This document shows positions 17,873 through 20,177 of a stretch of DNA of 20,177 bases, one piece after another (the stretch's first letter is position 1; the number at the start of each line of letters is the position of its first letter). The notes beneath the pieces are model-generated. The model was not told where the DNA came from. It worked only from the letters and a program-made list of their open reading frames with translations, and searched no databases. The DNA comes from a virus (taxonomy: Duplodnaviria; Heunggongvirae; Uroviricota; Caudoviricetes): positions 70,503 to 90,679 of the IMG/VR virus record IMGVR_UViG_3300006217_000016, one strand, 5' to 3'. The position numbers and the translations under genes were made by a program.

Positions 17873-20137
17873 ATGCCTATTCTTGGAAATTTCCCCGCTG
17901 GTGGCGGTGGAGGCGGCACAGGCGGACTGGCATTGGCGGCGGTGACTAATATCGCCACCGTAACCGCGCACGAGAAAGTGTATGTCAGTTGGACTGACCC
18001 GAACGATCTGGTAGTGGCAGGCTCTACTCTGGCCGCGTGGGGAGGCACCCTGCTGGTGCGTAAGGCCGGCAGCGCTCCCGTGAGCCGCAGGGACGGCACG
18101 GTTGTTCTTGACAGCAAGACACGCAACCAGTACAGCACTACCTACTTCTGTGATTCCGGTCTGACTGACGGCGTGACGTACTACTACAAGTTCTTCCCCT
18201 ACACTACAAGCAGCACGTACACAGACAGCACGGACGATGAGTTCACCGCGACTCCTGCCGCTGTCGCCCCAGGTAATGTGTCCGGCATGAGCGCAGTCGC
18301 TGCCGGTAACGGGAAGATCACTGTGCAGTGGGGTGACCCAGCCGCCACTGTTGTGACGGACGGTATCACCGTGTCCACCTGGGCAAGCACGCAGGTCGTG
18401 TATAAGGCCGGGAGCTATCCGACTGACCCGTCAGACGGCACACTGGCACTGAACAGCACCACACGCAACCAGTATGCCACCAACGGCTTTACCATTACCG
18501 GGCTTACGAACGGTACCACCTACTACATCGCCTTCTTCCCGACATCTACCGACGGCGCCGTGAACACCGATACAGCGAACCGCGTGGCCGGTGTTCCGAA
18601 CCGGCTCGTCATCAACGATATCCCCGCGCAGAGCGGGACTCTGACATACAATAAGTCTCCGCAGAACCCAGTGTGGGACAGCGCATATAACCCCGCCATC
18701 ATGACACTGGGCGGCGAGACTGTCGGAACCAACGCGAAGACATACGTGGCTACGTTCACCCCGGATGACGACCATGTATTCGCCGGCGAGACAGCACCGA
18801 AGGCCAAGAATGTATCGTGGGTAATCGGCAAAGCAACCGGTACACTGACGCTCACACCAGCTTCTCTGGTTCTGGACAAGACCACGACAAGCGCAACCTT
18901 CGCCATCTCCGGGGACTTCGATGGCAGCTACACTGTCACGTCGATGGATACCAGCATTGCAACCGTGGCTCTGGTGAGCGGTAAGACATACCGTGTCAGC
19001 AGTGTGAACAGCACGACCGGCACCGCTTCTATCAAGGTGAGCTGCTCGGGCGGCAGCAACTATACCGCCCCCGCCGACAAGTCTGTGAGTGTGACAGCGA
19101 AGTTCGTTACCATCTATGGCGTGAGCTGGGATGGTTCGAGTACCACGAAGTGGTCTCGTACAGATGCATCAGCCAGCTTCACAGATCCTGTGCCTGCTGT
19201 TAGCAATGGGAACGGCAGTTCCCCGTTCGACAGCCTGCAGCCATGGGCCGGAATGGTCAAGGATACTTCTGACAGCGCTGCCGGCGTTCTGGTGAAGATT
19301 CCGAAGTTCTGGTACAAATGGACAAAGAGCGGCAATACGTTGAAGCTCCAGATTGCAGACGGTCAGGTGGACGGGTTCAATGTTTCTCCCGCGCACGCCA
19401 ACAGGGGCGATGGCAAGGGTGAGCGCGACTTCGTTTACGTTGGGCGGTATCACTGCGCGAGTGGGTATAAGTCCACCACAGGCGCCGCACAGCAGGTAAA
19501 TATTACACGGTCAACAGCGCGTTCCAGTATTCACAATTTGGGTGCAACCATTTGGCAGTTCGACTACGCTATGCGCGTGACGATTCAGATGCTCTATCTG
19601 GTCGAGTTCGCCGATTGGAACTCTCAGGCAAAGATCGGCTACGGCTGCTCTGCCGGTGGCTCCAAGGAGAACAATGGCAAGACCGATGCTATGCAGTATC
19701 ACACTGGTACTACTGCGGCAAACCGGACAACCTATGGCTACACGCAGTACCGCAACATCGAAGGTCTGTGGGACAACGTTTACGACTGGATGGATGGTTG
19801 TTACTACAACGGTAACGGCATGAACATCATCATGAATCCCGCCAATTTCTCTGACTCTTCTGGCGGGACTTTGATCGGTAAGCCTTCCAGCGGTTGGCCT
19901 TCTGCTATTGCTGTGGCTACCGCAAGTGGTCTGGAGTGGGTGATCTACCCCACTGCGGCAAGCGGTTCCGAAAGCACATACGTCGCGGATGACTGGTACT
20001 ATAACGCTTCCTACCCGTGCCTGTTCTGTGGGGGTGACTACGGCCAGTACCAGAGCCACGGGTTGTTCTACGTGTACTACAACGGCGCCAGCAGCACGTA
20101 CGCGTACATCGGCTGCCGCCTCCAAAAACTCCCCTAA
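17873..20137 (+). CDS. Receptor-binding/tail fibre protein: 2x FN3, MBG-like, Ig-like, C-terminal C-type lectin (FGE/Mtd-like) fold; probable DGR target
   Basis: 754 aa with AAAGGAG SD. FN3 repeats at aa ~21-128 and ~133-242 (GLTDGVTYYY / GLTNGTTYYI) are followed by beta domains at aa ~247-410. The C-terminal domain has VKIPKFWYK, YVGRYH, YRNIEGLWDNVYDWMDG, GGDY and IGCRL, motifs typical of CLec-fold DGR target proteins. Confidence 0.85.
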   Translation: MPILGNFPAGGGGGGTGGLALAAVTNIATVTAHEKVYVSWTDPNDLVVAGSTLAAWGGTLLVRKAGSAPVSRRDGTVVLDSKTRNQYSTTYFCDSGLTDGVTYYYKFFPYTTSSTYTDSTDDEFTATPAAVAPGNVSGMSAVAAGNGKITVQWGDPAATVVTDGITVSTWASTQVVYKAGSYPTDPSDGTLALNSTTRNQYATNGFTITGLTNGTTYYIAFFPTSTDGAVNTDTANRVAGVPNRLVINDIPAQSGTLTYNKSPQNPVWDSAYNPAIMTLGGETVGTNAKTYVATFTPDDDHVFAGETAPKAKNVSWVIGKATGTLTLTPASLVLDKTTTSATFAISGDFDGSYTVTSMDTSIATVALVSGKTYRVSSVNSTTGTASIKVSCSGGSNYTAPADKSVSVTAKFVTIYGVSWDGSSTTKWSRTDASASFTDPVPAVSNGNGSSPFDSLQPWAGMVKDTSDSAAGVLVKIPKFWYKWTKSGNTLKLQIADGQVDGFNVSPAHANRGDGKGERDFVYVGRYHCASGYKSTTGAAQQVNITRSTARSSIHNLGATIWQFDYAMRVTIQMLYLVEFADWNSQAKIGYGCSAGGSKENNGKTDAMQYHTGTTAANRTTYGYTQYRNIEGLWDNVYDWMDGCYYNGNGMNIIMNPANFSDSSGGTLIGKPSSGWPSAIAVATASGLEWVIYPTAASGSESTYVADDWYYNASYPCLFCGGDYGQYQSHGLFYVYYNGASSTYAYIGCRLQKLP
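19988..20119 (+). other. Putative DGR variable region (VR)
   Basis: Encodes DDWYYNASYPCLFCGGDYGQYQSHGLFYVYYNGASSTYAYIGCR. Codons gac, tac, aac, ggc and agc occupy alternating positions that can all be derived from AAC by A-to-N change. The last 49 aa contain 10 Tyr, 9 of them TAC. It is at the 3' end of a CLec-fold gene. Confidence 0.75.
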
Positions 20138-20141
20138 AGGA

Positions 20142-20174
20142 GGGGCGTGGGGGGGGGGGGCGCCCCCCCACCCC
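20142..20174 (+). promoter_or_regulatory. GC hairpin/cruciform downstream of the VR (probable DGR target-recognition element; may also terminate transcription)
   Basis: tggggggg (20148-20155) pairs with ccccccca (20163-20170). The stem can extend with gggg (20142-20145) and cccc (20171-20174) across a cg bulge. It begins a few nt after the stop codon. Confidence 0.6.
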
Positions 20175-20177
20175 AAC

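Larger units (their letters stand above)
2..20177 (+). mobile_element. Siphovirus-like phage/prophage tail morphogenesis and adsorption module
   Basis: Co-oriented tape measure, Dit, Tal, baseplate/fibre and receptor-binding gene order with short intergenic spacers. No integrase or att site is in the window, so prophage versus free phage cannot be decided. Confidence 0.9.

Noticed and set aside
1-19987. Template repeat or second variable region for the putative DGR
   Set aside because: Reading by eye found no near-copy of the VR's invariant strings (e.g. cccgtgcctg, cacgggttgttc, atcggctgccgc), no AAC-rich non-coding tract and no reverse transcriptase ORF.
11924-20177. Invertase/shufflon-type tail fibre switching
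   Set aside because: There are no reverse-oriented fibre C-terminal cassettes, no repeated crossover sites and no recombinase in the window.
1-20177. CRISPR array, tRNA/rRNA, IS element, att site
   Set aside because: No regularly spaced direct repeats, cloverleaf-like segments, transposase ORFs or integrase were seen. All intergenic gaps are 76 nt or shorter.

Overview
Tail and host-recognition module of a long-tailed (siphovirus-like) phage or prophage. The host is probably a Bacillota/Clostridia-type bacterium, inferred from AGGAGG Shine-Dalgarno sites and gene style. All 14 credible genes lie on the + strand: a 5'-truncated tape measure protein (>=2494 aa), a Dit-like distal tail protein, a Tal-like baseplate/tail-tip protein, ten small-to-medium baseplate/fibre genes, and a 754-aa FN3-FN3-MBG-like-Ig-like-C-type-lectin protein. 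The 3' end of this last gene looks like a diversity-generating retroelement (DGR) variable region. It has Tyr-rich NNC codons at positions that would be AAC in a template repeat, the GG..Y/IGCR motifs, a GC-rich tract and a GC hairpin after the stop codon. No template repeat or reverse transcriptase is visible in the window, so the DGR call is an inference. Other notable signals are a 21-residue tandem-repeat protein, a strongly codon-biased gene flanked by hairpins, paralogous C-terminal domains in two adjacent genes, and six consecutive genes in one reading frame. Product names come from gene order and motifs recognised by eye; no database search was run.
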